From Mobula hypostoma (lineage: Eukaryota), in the NCBI RefSeq assembly GCF_963921235.1, contig NC_086097.1, positions 249,180,001 to 249,244,000 of the forward strand: a stretch of DNA of 64,000 nucleotides, in the 5' to 3' direction. Of the stretch, positions 27,061 to 40,707 are shown one piece after another. The notes beneath the pieces were generated by a model. It made no database searches. It was not told where the DNA came from and worked only from the letters and a program-made list of their open reading frames with translations. Position numbers and translations under genes: made by a program. How positions within the stretch are numbered: position 1 is the first letter of the stretch; every line of letters begins with the position of its first letter.

Positions 27061-27559
27061 CAAATTTTTGCTGTAGCTTATTGCCTGTAGACTCAGCATT
27101 ACAGAAGTCACCATCACCAGCGGCATTTCAATCTGGTTATGTAAAACATCTACACCAAATGACACCTAACTTTATCCACACACAAGACCACCATATGTCC
27201 AAGATCTATTTATAAGGCTCACCAAAATCAACTTGGAAAATCAAGGAAGAATCACGTCATTTAGGTAACATCCAAGTTTGCTCTGAATAACTAATATTGC
27301 ATCTTTTACTAGTTAACAACTTAAAACTAAATATACAGATTAGTTCTGCGTTTCATGCAGTGAGGATTCCACTGAACAGCTCAAGATTACTGCTGGTATA
27401 AGGATACATGTTTATTTAGCTGAAGTCTCCAATACTTCCATTAACTTTGTTAAAATAGTTGATTATAAAACCTACTTGTTCAGATGGAAAATGACCTGTG
27501 GTTTCACAAGTGTCCAAGAAGTCACCATTTTGCATGGGAATCCATCCCTCATCATCATG

Positions 27560-28780
27560 TATTTGAGGATATAATGAGCGCAGTGGATACAGGGGAACAG
27601 ATGGATGTTATCTTCTTGGCTTCCAGAAGGCATTCGATAAGGTGGCACATAAAAGACTTATTCGCAAGATAAGGATGCATAGAGTTTGGGGTGATGTATT
27701 AGCAAGGATAGAGGATTGGTTAACTAATAGAATGCAGGGAGTTGGGATACATGCGTGTTACTCTGTTGGCAATCCGTGATGAGTGGTGTGCTGCAGGGGT
27801 CAGTGCTGGGACCGCAACTGTTCACAATATACATTAACAATCTGGAACAGGGGATGAGTGTAGTATATCTAAGTTTGCTGATGATACTAAATTGAGCATA
27901 AAAGCAAATTGTGCAGAAGATACGAAAGAGTCTGCAGAGAGATATAGATAGATTAAGTGAGTGGGCAAAGGTCTGGCAGATGGAATACAATGTTGATAAA
28001 TTTGGAAGGGAAAATGTGGATGAAGATTATTATTTAAATGGTAAAATATTGCAGCATGCTGCTGTGCAGACAGACTTGGAAGTACTTGTGCATGAATCAC
28101 AAAAGGTCGGTTTGCAGGTGCAGCAGGCTATCAAGAAGGCAAATGGGATGTTGGCCTTCACTGCTAGAGGGATTGAATTCAAGAGCAGGGAGGTTATGCT
28201 GCAACTGTACAGAGTACTGGTGAGGCCGCACCTGGAGTACTGTGTGCAGTTCTGGTCTCCTTACTTGACGAAGGATATACTGGCTTTGGAGGAGGTGCAG
28301 AGGAGGATCACCAGGTTGATTCCAGAGATGAAGGGATTAGATGAGGAGGGATTGAGTCGCCTGTGATGGTCCTCGCTGGAATTCAGAAGAATGAGAGATG
28401 ATCTTATAGAAACATAAAATTATGAAAGGATAGACAAGATAGAGGCAGGAAAGTTGTTTCCACTGGTAGGTAAGACTAGAACTAAGGGGCATAACAAGAT
28501 TTGGGGAAGTAGATATAGTATGAAGATGAGGAGGAACTGCTTTTCCGAGAGTGGTGAATCTGTGGAATTCTCTGCCTGATGAACAGTAGAGGCTACCTCA
28601 GCAAATATACTTAAGACAAGGTTGGATAGATTTTTGCATAGCAGGGGAATTAAGGGTTATGGGGAAAAAGCCGAGTAGGTGGAGATGAGTCCATGGCCAA
28701 ATCAGCCATGATCTTATTGAATGGTGGAGCAGGCTTGTCAGGCCAGTTAGCCTATTCCTGCTCCTATTTCTTATGTTCTT
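27560..28780 (+). mobile_element. CR1 LINE RT 3' part
   Basis: QGSVLGP, KFADDTK, LYRVLVRPHLEYCVQFWSP; tttcttatgttctt tail. Confidence 0.9.
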
Positions 28781-29130
28781 GTGTGCTGCACAACATAGGT
28801 GATCATAGTCTCATGACCATGACTGTTTCTGGTAAATTTTTCTATAGAAGTGGTTTGCCATTGCCACTTCCTGGGCAGTGCCTTTACAAGACGGGTGACC
28901 CCAGCCATTATCAATACTCTTCAGAGATTGTCTGCCTGCATAACCAGGACTAGTGATATGCATTGGCAGGTCATACGACCATCGACCAGCTGCTCCCATG
29001 GCTTCACGTGACCCTGATCTGGCAGCCAAGCAGGTAGTACACCTTGTTGAAGGATGACCTGCAGGCTAGCAGAGGAAAGGAGCACTTTACAACTCTCCTT
29101 TGGTAGAGACTTATCTGCACCCTGCCACCC
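28781..29130 (-). mobile_element. Family R retroposon copy
   Basis: Reverse complement of 1908-2280. Confidence 0.7.
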
Positions 29131-29617
29131 ACCATCACTGATAGGGCAACATAAAATTAGTTCTGCTCCATTCTAGGCAGCTATGTTATTTTCAATCAGA
29201 TTTTAGTTTTGAACAGTGCATTTTCAGTAACTTTCCTCATTTAACTTCTTCAGGGCAGAACTTATAGTCACATTTCACTTGATGCAATAGTTTTCATGTT
29301 GGGAATATGGTCTAAAACAGTAGATGACGCACTTGTTAATTAGCCCTAAACAACACATATTGAAACCAGATCTTTACAAATCAAAATTACAGGTTTTTAT
29401 AAACCGAACAAGCCAAATGCACTGGGATTCAAGGTATTTTACTGCTGTGCTGATGATTGCATTTTGCCATTTTGTTTACTATGTGTTACTGATAAATACC
29501 TTAAACATTTCACACTCGGGATTAGTCGTGAAGTGATTCATAAATGGAGAGGCAGCTTTCAGCAGGCAAAACATCAGCTATTCTCTAATAAATAGAATGG
29601 ATGCAAGCAAACTATTC

Positions 29618-29915
29618 CACAAAATGCTGGAGGAACTCAGCAAATCAGGCAGCATCTACGGAGAAGTCCTGATGAAGGATCTCGGCCAGAAATGTTGACT
29701 GTTTATTGCTTTCCATAGATGCTGCTTCACCCAAGGTCCTCCAGCATTTTGCGTGTGTTGTTCTGCAAACAAGTTGTGGCTGGGTCCAATCACAGACAAA
29801 AGAAAATCTGCAGATGTTGGAAATTTAAGCAACACACACCAAATGCTGGAGGAACTCAGCAGGCCAGGAAAAAAGTACAGTCAACATTTTGGGCCGAGAC
29901 CCTTCATCAGGACTG
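29618..29915. mobile_element. Penelope-like inverted pair (29618-29760) plus a third copy (29795-29915), with two decayed hammerheads
   Basis: agtcctgatgaagg..gaaatgttgact at 29665-29700 (+); second motif at about 29879-29914 (-). Confidence 0.75.
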
Positions 29916-30364
29916 AGTCCAGTTAGGTTCGTGCGGCTGCGTCCAGATCATTTCTGATCAAGGATCTTGAGGGACACCAAGACAAGATAACAATTCTATT
30001 GTGTCAGAGATCAAACTCCTTGTCTGGCATAAAGTGTGCCAATGATTGGCCAAAGCTAAGTGTTATCCTGGTGTTAGTGAAGCATTCTGTGTTTAGGAGT
30101 TCCAAACTGGATTGCACAATACATACTTTCATATTCTTTTTTATTCACCGGCTTAGCAATTCATAAACCATCTAATAGATGGTTTGACTGGGTCAATGCT
30201 GAAGGACTCCTAAAAATATGCAAACCTTTGAAATACTAGCCCTCCTTTACAACCATTATTTGTTAAAACTCCACCCAGTAGAGAGGTTTGCATCTTTGTT
30301 CCTACTAGCTACAAATTTACTTTGGGTCTTTGTGATCATACTTGGGTAACATTTCTTCAATATG

Positions 30365-30905
30365 AACATAGAACACCACAACACAGTGCAGGCCACACCC
30401 ATCCCCCAGCCCATGATGTTATGCCAATCTTTTAAACTACTCTGAAAACAATCTAACCCTTCTATTCTACGTAGCCCTCTATTTTTTCTATCATCCATAT
30501 GCCTATCTAAACACTTCTGAAGTGTCCCTAATGTATCTGCCTTTGCCACCACGCCAGGTAGGGCATTCCACACACTCACCACTACGTGTAAAAACTTTGA
30601 CATTTCCCCTATACTTTCACCTAATCACTTTAAAGTTATGACCCCTCGTAAGAGACATTTTCATCCTGGGAAAAAGTCCACACAATCTATGACTCTTAAC
30701 ATCTTGAACATCTCTATCAAGTCACCTCTCATAAGACATGCTCTCTAAATCAGGCAAGTTTCCTCTGCACCCTTTCCAAGGCTTCCATGTTGTTTCTATA
30801 AAGAGGCAACCAGAAGTGAACCCAATATTCCAAGTGCGGTCAAACCAGGGTTTTATCGAGCTACAACCTTACCTTGCGGCTATTGAACTCAATCCATTGA
30901 CTAAG
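30365..30905 (-). mobile_element. CR1 3' fragment
   Basis: VVSVWNALPGVVAKADTLGT remnant; atagaac tail. Confidence 0.78.
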
Positions 30906-31231
30906 AGGGGGTGGGGGAACGACACTCATTTCACCTCCGGTCCAACAATGGAAAGGCATTTAGAACAGACTGGCCCTGCAGCCAGGTATTTGCAAGTGGG
31001 TGCTAAGTGACATGGCTATCGACACCCCTTGGCAAGTGATTAAAGGATGCTAATTGGCAAAACTCGATCTGTAAATTGGATCTAGAAGCTCATTCTTGGA
31101 GCATTAAGATTTTGACAGATACAACACATTTTGCTGTGTGCATTTAGTTTTCAGAACTTACAAGGAAAGCTGCAAATTGGCCGAACTATTACTCTCATCA
31201 AAGTTCAAAATAAATTTTGCAAAGTACATAC

Positions 31232-31788
31232 ACATTCAGTGCCCACTTTATTAGGTACCTCCTGTGCCAAATGTGGCCCTGCGTGTATGTTTGTGGCCTT
31301 CTGCTACTGTAACCCATCCAGCTTGAGGTTCAATGTGTTGGGCATTCAGAGATGCTCTTCTGCACAACACTGTTGTAACACATGATTGTTTGAGTTACTG
31401 TCACCTTCCTGTCAGCATGAACCTGCCTGGCCATTCTCCTCTGACCTCTCTCATTAACAAGGCGTTTTCACCCACAGTACTGCCGCTCACTGGATTTTTT
31501 TTTTTGTTTTTCACACCATTCTCTTTAAATTTTAGAGACTACTGTGCATGAAAATCCCAGGAGATTAGCAGTTTCTGAGATACTCAAACCACCCTGTCTG
31601 GCACCAATTATCAATCCACAGTCAGTCACTTAGATCACACTTCCCCATTCTGATGTTTGGTCTGAACAGCAACTGAACCTCTTGACCATGTCAGCATGCT
31701 TTTGTGCATTGAGTTGCTGCCACATGATTGGCTGATATGATATTTACACTAACAAAGCCTACAAATGCACCTAAGAGGCCATTGAACG
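31232..31788. mobile_element. Non-autonomous Tc1/mariner-like element splitting a LINE-derived repeat
   Basis: Imperfect TIR cattcagtgcccactttattaggtac / gcacctaagaggccattgaa; host repeat (cf. 23447-23680) continues on both sides. Confidence 0.55.
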
Positions 31789-31999
31789 TTTATTACCGTA
31801 CACTACCCTGAGATTCATTTTCTTGTAGGCATTCAAAGTAGAACAAAGAAATACAATAGGATCAATGAAATGATGCTGGTGCTGGTTATTTTGAGGAAAG
31901 CAGATAAAGCATTTACTTGGCAGTTCTGACTGTTGATCAGTACAATTTCTTCGAAACCTTTCTCAGTAATTGTTTAAAATAGAGACTATTATCTCAGGT

Positions 32000-32760
32000 A
32001 ATGATCCCAAGATCAATAGACGGATCGGACGAGCAGCCTCAACATTCGCCAGGCTGACAAAGAGAGTCTGGGAGAACAGAAAGCTGATGACGCACACTGA
32101 AGTTGCAGTCTACAGGGCCTGCGTCCTCAGCACACTGCTTTACGGTAGCGAGACCTGTACTACAGACAAGAGCGGCGTCTCAACGCCTTCCACCTTCGCA
32201 GCCTGAGACGCATCCTGGACATCACGTGGAATGACCGGGTCACCAACAACGAGATCCTGGCCCACGCCCAGATACCCAGCCTCTTCACCTTGCTCCAACA
32301 ACGCCGTCTCTGCTGGCTGGGCCACGTACACCACATGTCAGATGGGAGGATCCCAAAAGACCTGCTGTATGGGGAACTGGCCTCCAGCAAGAGAGCACAA
32401 GGGTAACCCCATCTTCGTTTCAAAAACATTTGCAAGAGAGACATGAAGTCACTGAAAATGAACGTCAAGAGGTGGGAGGACATCGCAAGCGATCGCTCTC
32501 ACTGGAGGCTGGAACTACGCAGAGGTCTAAAAAGAGGAGAAGAGAAGCTGAGGTTTGCTGCTGAAGAAAAGCGCACTCATTGGAAAAACAGCACCAAGAC
32601 AACACTGGAGGACAGCACCTTCAAGTGCAGTCGCTGCAGCCGAGACTGTCACTCCCCTGTAGGACTCTACAGCCACAACAGACGCTGCTCTAACACAGAC
32701 TGAAGCAAGACTTTCCAGGCGCAGATCCATGGTCTCGCGAGACTAACGGATGCCACCACC
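32000..32760 (+). mobile_element. RTE-clade LINE 3' end
   Basis: INRRIGRAASTFARL, VYRACVLSTLLYGSET, RIPKDLLYGEL, terminal C2HC finger CSRCSRDCHSPVGLYSHNRRC; frameshift and stop. Confidence 0.9.
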
Positions 32761-33836
32761 ATATCTCAGGAATTCTAAACCATTGCACCTAACTTTTTGA
32801 TGTAATCAAGATTATTTACAAAAGTGCTGCCATTCTTAAAGAATTTCTCCATTGAATAACCATCTCAAAGATTTAAAAAGCAACCTAAAAATAGACTGAA
32901 TAAAGTTCTGATTTCACAAAGATAGAAAATTAAATGGCAAGCTAAAATGGCACAACTTTAAAGTGGATACAGAAACAAAAAGCAGATACGATAGGGTCTT
33001 TTAAGAGACTTTTAGACAGGTTCATGGAGCTTAGAAAAATAGAGGGCTATGGGGAAGTCTAGTAATTTCTAAGGTAGGGACATGTTCGGCACAACTTTGT
33101 GGGCCGAAGGGCCTGTATTGTGCTGTAGGTTTTCTGTGTTTCTAAGAAATTGTATCAGAGTGTGCAAGTACATGCTATTGAAGATGTCATAATACACTAA
33201 GGGGCGTACCAAACTGAGACATTAAAATAGAAATGAATAATCTTATCCAGAAGCAAAAATTGGAGGAAAAGTATGGATTAACCATTGGGACAAATATTGG
33301 AAGTGGGGCTTTCAATTACCATGAGGTTATTAAATGAGTGAAGATGTTACCATAAAGAGGAGCAAATAACTTTATTGAGGTTGATGGTTGGACACGTTAC
33401 ATTAAGATCTTCAAGGTTAATAGAAATTAAAATATTGCTGATAGATTGCCAAAGACCAGCATTTCTTGCCTAAAAACAATATTTTGGTTTAACAAAGCAA
33501 CTTGCCTACTATATTTTCTCCAATGCTTGCTCTTTGCTCTCCAAAGTTATTCAGAAGCACACATTCTAGTGTAGAAGAAATACTTAATCTTGAACTCGTC
33601 TATTCCAATTTAGCATTCTTAACAACGGCACAGCAAGTAACCACTCAATAATTGAACTAAATTGTACTTAAAGAAATGTCTAAGATCTACTTGCAACCAG
33701 TGGTAGAGATGTATCAAATTTAAATGGGTAAGATTTACTTACAATCAATGGTGTAGTTTTATCAAATTTAACTTTCAAATGATTAATGACTTCTTGGATT
33801 AGACAAGAAATGATCTAATTCTCTCTCAGTTATTCA

Positions 33837-34157
<321 letters not shown>

Positions 34158-35447
34158 TCAAAGTTTGCATCCAGATCTTTTTCCCCATACCAGCTCACTA
34201 ATACTGAACCCCACTCCAACCCACATTGCTTTATAGAACCAACAAGCAGCAACTGGAGTTCAGCTCCTGCTGCTGTCTGTAAGGAGTTTGTACATTCTCC
34301 CATGACAGTGTGAGTTTCCTCCAGGTGCTCCAGTTTCCTCCTACATTCCAAAGACATACGCTGTGAGCTATGGCCGTGTCATGTTAGCGCTGAAAGTATA
34401 ACGACATCTACGGATTGCTCAGCATAATTCCTGCTGATTTGATTTAATGCAAATGACACATTTCACTCCACGTTTCAATGTCTATGTGATAAATAAAGCT
34501 GAATTTTGGCCAAAACACCCATTCAATGAATATAGTAGCTAGAGGTTCACCAAATTAAGTTTTGAAACAGACCCCTCAGCCCAACAAACCCATACCAACC
34601 CTCAACTTCCACTAACCCTAGACTGCCTCAGGCACTGAACTCGCTCTGGTTAATGGACACTTGGGTCTGTGAGGCAGCAGCTTTACAAGCTAAGCTGAGC
34701 CATTGTGTTGCCACTGACTGAGATTGGTTCCTTGTTTTAGAGCAAATAAGAGTTTTCATTCCAAATTCCTTTAACAGAAAAAACACACGGCAAAGCCACA
34801 TGCATAAAGAATAAGAGTTTTCCCATCCATAATTTTTCCAAATTTCTACTACACCATCTTGAGGGATTATGAGATGTAGGTAATATTCAGATCAATCCCT
34901 TCAGTATTAATCCATGAAAATCATATAAGTTGCAATCAACAATTATATTTGTTCTATAAAAACATCTCTCAGCCTTTGATTACAATCATTTGCTACTAAA
35001 TATTTTAATTGTCAAGCTCTCCCTTATGAGTGACATCTCAGTAAAACTGTCACACATTCTAACTCTGAGTCTTTCCTAGATCACAATCTTGCATATATAT
35101 CTTATCTGCTCTAGTCTGCTGCAAAAAAAAATCATGGCATATGCGAGAAATAATAAAAAAATAATAAAACCTGATTCTGATATGGGTCTCTATTGTGGAC
35201 TGAGAATGGGAAGGGGGCAGGGAGAGAAGCACCAGAGAGACATTCTGTAATGATCAATAAACCAATTGTTTGGAATCAAATGACCTTGCCTGGTGTCTCA
35301 GGGCTGAGTGTGTCTGTACTCAGCCCTGGCACTCCTCCTCTGCCACCTATCCCACACCCCTCCCACGATGCTCCATCCTCACCATCTCCAACATCCTTTG
35401 CTGCCACCAGATTTACAAACTTGCTCTCTGCTCCACAATGACAAATA

Positions 35448-35516
35448 CAGTACTGTGCAAAGGTCTGGAGGCACCCTAGCTATTAATACGTGCCCAAGAT
35501 TTTTGCGCATTATTGT
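35448..35516. mobile_element. About 70-bp TA-flanked MITE
   Basis: cagtactgtgcaaaggtct..ggcac / gtgcccaagatttttgcgcattattg; same TIR at 62794. Confidence 0.6.
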
Positions 35517-36211
35517 ACATTTTACAAGGATTAGGACTTTGCTGTGGTGTGCTGGCACAACATGAAACAAAAAAAAATTCAACAATTATAAAGAATTACA
35601 TAAAAAGTAAATTTAAAAATTTATTTTTCAGATATGAAAAGTTTTCATAACTTTTCAGATATGAAAAGTTCCATAGCTGTACTTTTGTACTTATTCCAAA
35701 AGTACAGATAGGGAATAAAATGCGCATCTCTGAATATTTCCAGTGCTGAAGAATTAATGACTAATTATTTAGATTTAGCCGAGTAGCAGAGAATGAAAAC
35801 CAGGATAATCAAGTACGAGTTGTGTTCCAATTATTGAATAAAGCACCACAAAAAAGTACAGTTGTAAGAAAGATGACTGAACTCTCTGCGGTTGACTTTA
35901 AATTTGTAATACAAACTTTTAGACATAGGCTCAGATCATAAGCCTGTGGTTAGTTTATTTAGGAGGAACAACAATTACTCGTTAGTAAACAGAGACTGAC
36001 AGCTTGTTCACTTCTGGTCAGAATGCCATCAAATACTGTATTCACATATACAAGTCTTAACAGTTCAAAAACTCAGGACTGAAGTACAAAAAATACTTCA
36101 GTATTTGCAGGCTCAAGACCTTTCACAATATCCAGAAAAGTGTAAAACCACATAATAAGATAATGCTACAGATGGACAGATAGCACTCACAGTTTAAAAT
36201 GATTGCTTTAC

Positions 36212-36454
36212 CTGAACCAGACCCTGAAGTAGTCATATCGTAAATTAAATCCTTGAGAGTGGTGCCCTCGGAGATGAACGGATGATCCAACGACGGGTCT
36301 TCTTCATGGGGGACACGATGATGTACCACCGTGCGATTGTGAAAGAAGTAGAAGGTCACCATCAGTAAGATGCAAACTACACACACTGGTCCAGCGATGA
36401 TTGCCGCCAATTCCACAGGGCCCAAATTTAACCACGGAGGCGGAGCATCGGTCA
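36212..36454 (-). CDS. TGFBR1: TGFBR1 exon 3 (juxtamembrane, TM helix, GS domain)
   Basis: [15 protein letters not shown]...[32 protein letters not shown]. Acceptor ttcccag, donor gtaaag, 243 nt. Confidence 0.96.
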
Positions 36455-36711
36455 CTGGGAACAATGCACAAACAGAGTTGTAAAATAAAGCGCCAAAGAC
36501 ACAATGCCAGATTTTACACTTTTAATAATTAGATTCAAAAACGGCACAACTGCAAACTATTTTGATTGTGTCAAACAAGTGAAATCTAATACAATTAATG
36601 TATGGTTTCCTTTAGTTTATTGTTTAAGTACTAGTTTATTTTTTGAATGTTTTGTTGTTAACACCTTAGTTTAGCCATTTCCTCATTTTACAAGATATAA
36701 TCAACAAATAA

Positions 36712-37092
36712 ACAAGATTCTGCAGATGCCAGGGGAACTCAGCAGATCTGGCAGCATCTATGGAAACGAATAGACCGTTGATATTTCAGGCCGAGACCCT
36801 TCCTCAGGACTGAGAAGGAAGAGGGAAGACAACGGAATAAGAAGGTGGGGAGGGGAGGGGAAGGAGGCTAGCTGGAAGGTGATTGGTGAAGACGGATGGT
36901 AGCAATCACTGGCTTGGTCAGGTGGGTGGAACCACCCACCAGGCTTCACCAATCACCTTCCAGTTAGCCTCCCTCCCCTCCCCCCCCCCACCTTTTCATT
37001 CTGGCGTCTTCCCCCTTCCTTCTCAGTCCTGAAGAAGGGTCTCAGCCCAATATACTAATTATCTATTCATTTCATTAGATGTTGCCTGACAT
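36712..37092. mobile_element. Long inverted pair of Penelope-like termini
   Basis: Arms about 170 nt centred near 36930 (ggtgggtggaaccacccacc); hammerhead remnants at 36776-36811 (-) and 37025-37052 (+). Confidence 0.8.
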
Positions 37093-37179
37093 AATCAATT
37101 CTTGTCTCTATTTCACAGCCAGATCGCAAAATGAAAAGCCGGGTAATTATAAAGTAAGTCTCAATGAAATCTACTGAAT

Positions 37180-38366
37180 ATCGAAAGGACAAGTTAGAAT
37201 GGCAATGGAGAGGATGTTCCAATAGTTTGGGGGGGGGGTGTGGTTTGAGCGGTTTTCTACAACCAGAGGATTTCCCTTCAGAACAGAGATGGGGAGGAAT
37301 TTCTTTAGCCAAAGGGTGGTAAATCTGTGGAACTCATTGCTGTGAAGGCTAAGTCATTAGGTATATTTAAAGTGGCGATTGATAGCTTCTTGATCAGTTG
37401 GGGCATCAAATGTTACAGAGAGAAGACAGGAGAATGTGGCTGAGAAGGATAATAAGTCAGCCATAATTAAATAGCAGAGCCGTCTCAATGGGCCGAATGG
37501 CCTAATTCTGCTCCCGTGTCTAACGGTCTAACAGGTTAAAAAATTTATTTGGCTTCACAGTCAAGCAATTACACCTTCTTGGGGCGCTGTTTCAAAAATG
37601 CCCATCATCGAACTGTCATTGTATGTCATGGTAAATGGGAAAAAAAACATACAGAAGTGTGGATAGTCAGAGGCTTTTTCCCAGGGCTGAAATGGCTATC
37701 ACAAGAGGGCACAGTTTTAAGGTGCTTGGAAGTAGGCACAGAGGAGATGTCAGGGGTAAGTTGATGTTGTTGCTTTTTTTAAAAAAATGCAGAGCGTGGT
37801 GAGTGCGTAGAATGGGCTGCCGGCAACAGTGGTAGAGGCAGATACGATAGGGTCTTTTAAGAGATGCCAGAATAGGTACATGGAGCTTAGAAAAATAGAG
37901 GGCTATGGGTAACCCTAGGTAATTTCTAAAGTAAGTATATGTTCAGCACAGCATGGTGGGTCGAGGGCCTGTATTGTGCTGTAGGTTTTCTATGTTTCTA
38001 AATTCTGAGCAGTGTGGAGGAACAGAGGGATCTTACAATGCAAATCTTATATCCCTCAAGGCTGCCACACAGGTTGATAGGATGGTCAATGGGGTGTTGG
38101 CCTTCAATTGTCGTGGAATTGAGTTCAGAGCCGCAGCTCTGCAAAACCCTGGTTAGACCACACTTATTGTGTTTGATTCTGGTGGTCACATTATAGGGAG
38201 GAAGTGGAAGCTTTAGAGAGGGTGCAGAGATTTACCAGGATGCAGCCTGGAATTGAGAGCATGTCTCGTGAGAAGAGGTTGAATGAGTTAGGGCTTTTCT
38301 CTTTGGAGCAAAGGAAGATTAGAGGTGACTTGATCGAGGTGAATAAGATTGTAAAAGGCAATGATA
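37180..38366 (+). mobile_element. Cluster of three CR1 3' fragments
   Basis: CR1 ORF2-end and UTR motifs at about 37180-37530, 37655-38000 and 38020-38366. Confidence 0.72.
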
Positions 38367-39000
38367 GATTAGATTATGAGGGCACGCAGTCCTCTTTTAT
38401 TGTCATTTAGTAATGCATGCATTAAGAAATGATACAATGTTCCTCCAAAATGATATCACAAAAACACATGACAAACCAACTGAAAAACTGACAAAAATCA
38501 CATAATTATAAAATATAGTTACAACAGTGCAAAGCAATACCATAATTTGATGAAGAACAGATCATGGGCATGGTAAAAGTCTCAAAGTCTCTTGAAAGTC
38601 CCATCATCTCACGCAGACGGTGAACCTCCAGCGCCGCCAACTTGCCGGTGCAGCATCCTGGAAGCATCCGACCACAGTCCGACTCCGAGTCTGTCCGAAA
38701 AACTCCGAGCCTCTGACCACCTCTTCGACACTGAGCACCATCTCTGCCGAACGCTTCGACCCCGGCCCCGGCAACAGGCAATAGGCAAAGCCGAGGATTT
38801 GGGGCCTTCCCCTCCGGAGATTCTCGATCACACAGTAGCAGCAGCAGCGAAGTGGGCATTTCAGAAGTTTCTCCAGGTGTTCCTCCGTGCTTCTCAAGGC
38901 TGTCTCCATCAAATCAGGATTGTGCACGCCCCCCCTAGTTACACATACGATATCATTCGGAACGGCCGCGCGCTGCATCGCGCCGCCATCTTCTCCTCCC
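38367..39000 (-). mobile_element. Family A retroposon, full length
   Basis: Minus strand starts ggagaagatggcggcg, ends aataaa...cctcataatctaatct. Confidence 0.8.
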
Positions 39001-39061
39001 GCTTCAGGAGTGGACAGCCAGCACTCCATCCCCCAGGATAGCAAAAGATAATGTCTTTTAA

Positions 39062-39280
39062 ACACAAGCGATTCTGCAGATGCTGGAAATCCAGATCAAT
39101 ACACATAAAATGCTGGAGGAACTCAAGCAGATCAAGCAGCATCTATGGAAAAGAGTAAACTAAGGGCTATTCATTCTTTTGATCAATGAGGGGTCTTGGC
39201 CCAAAATGTCAACTGCTTATCCATTTCCATAGATGCTGCCTGTCCTGCTGAGTTCCTCCAGCATTTTGAGTGTGTTGCTC
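39062..39280. mobile_element. Inverted pair of Penelope-like termini
   Basis: aaaatgctggaggaactca / ctgagttcctccagcatttt. Confidence 0.72.
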
Positions 39281-40461
39281 TGAATATCTTTTAATATGAG
39301 TTTTTAAGGGCGGCACTTTAGGTAATAGTTAGTGTGATACTTCACAGCACCAGTGATTGGAAGATCAGATTTCAATTTCCAACGCTTTCTGTAAGGAGTT
39401 TATAAGTTCTCCCCATGACTGCATGTGTTTCCTTGGGAGCTCCACTTCCCTCTCACATTCCAAAATAAATACTGGTTGGGTGAGTTAGTTATGGACATGC
39501 TATGTTGGCACCGAAGCATAGAGTCAGTCATTAGCAGGCTGCCTCCAGCGTATCGAGGCTATGTTTGTCAATGATCTAAATGATGCAGTTCACTGTATGC
39601 TTCAACGTACATGTAACAAAGATCATCTTTCATCGTTAAAGTATTGGAAGGTTTGGGAAGACAGCAGATGTAAGCTGTTTTCTTGTTTGTTTGTGGTGGG
39701 TGCATGGAACACACTGCCAGAGGTGGTGGTTGAGGATGATATTATTAGGGACATTTAAGAGACTCTGAGTTAGGAAAATGGGGTATTATGGGTTGTACAG
39801 GAGGAAAGGGTTAGACTGATCATGGAATAGTTTAAAAGGTTAGCACCACATTGTAGGCTGAAGGGTCTGGACTGTACCATTCTGTACTATGTTCTAAAAA
39901 ACACAATTAAAAACAGATCATTTGGTTATAGCTCACCCAGAAAGACGCATTTCTTTAATGTGATGAATAGGATGTGCAGATCAAGGCTTGCTTTCACACA
40001 AATAAAGAAACCAAATTTGCAAACCACACTTGGTATCAGATTTGAAACAATAGTGTTATGGAAACCCTAACTAGATAGAGAAGGCTTCACAAATCTAACC
40101 ACATGCCACAAGTGATTGATCCATCAAAGATAACAATCGTAAGTGCAGTGGCTATACAGCAACAGTGGCATTAAACTATACAATGGACAATATTAAGCAG
40201 AAGTCATCTCCATGTGTAAAATTTGGTCACAAGCTCACATCTGGCAGAATCTACTTAGACAAGCACAGGTTAGAAAAATTCAAGTTATCATGATTGCTTA
40301 CAAAGAGCAATTTTTCTAACCTATGCTTGTCTGAGGAAATATCAAGCTCATCACACTTCAAGGACAATCTTGCATAGGAAGTCAGTCAACACCTTACTTA
40401 AACACAATTAACAGTCAACACCTTCTCAGAAGCATATGAAAACATCCACCCAGAAACTTAC

Positions 40462-40707
40462 CTCTTGTTGGCACAGGTAAATCATAACGGTTACACAAAT
40501 CAGTATTACAGCAACGATTTGATACAGCGTCATTTCTCGATGCTGCACAGAGAAACGGTCTGTCTGGAGGTATCAGTTCAGCATTTGAAACACATATCTT
40601 GCCATGTACTATCCGGTCTTCCTTGCGAGTGACAGTAGTCATACAGAGCCCATCTGTCTCACAGGTGAAGTTAGTTGACACACAGTGCGTGCAGTAACAT
40701 TTCAGAC
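40462..40707 (-). CDS. TGFBR1: TGF-beta receptor type I, exon 2 (extracellular ligand-binding domain)
   Basis: LKCYCTHCVSTNFTC...LIPPDRPFLC...CCNTDLCN: 10 Cys, NFT sequon, PxDRPF motif typical of ALK5 rather than ALK4/7. Acceptor ttctcctag, donor gtaagt, 246 nt, phase 1-1. Confidence 0.95.

Noticed and set aside
35625..35670. Repeated palindrome ttttcagatatgaaaag as a regulatory site
   Set aside because: Most simply a local 27-bp duplication in AT-rich DNA; no supporting evidence.
38506..39065. Overlapping 117-153 aa ORFs in family A
   Set aside because: Frames are not preserved among the four copies and no domain is recognisable.
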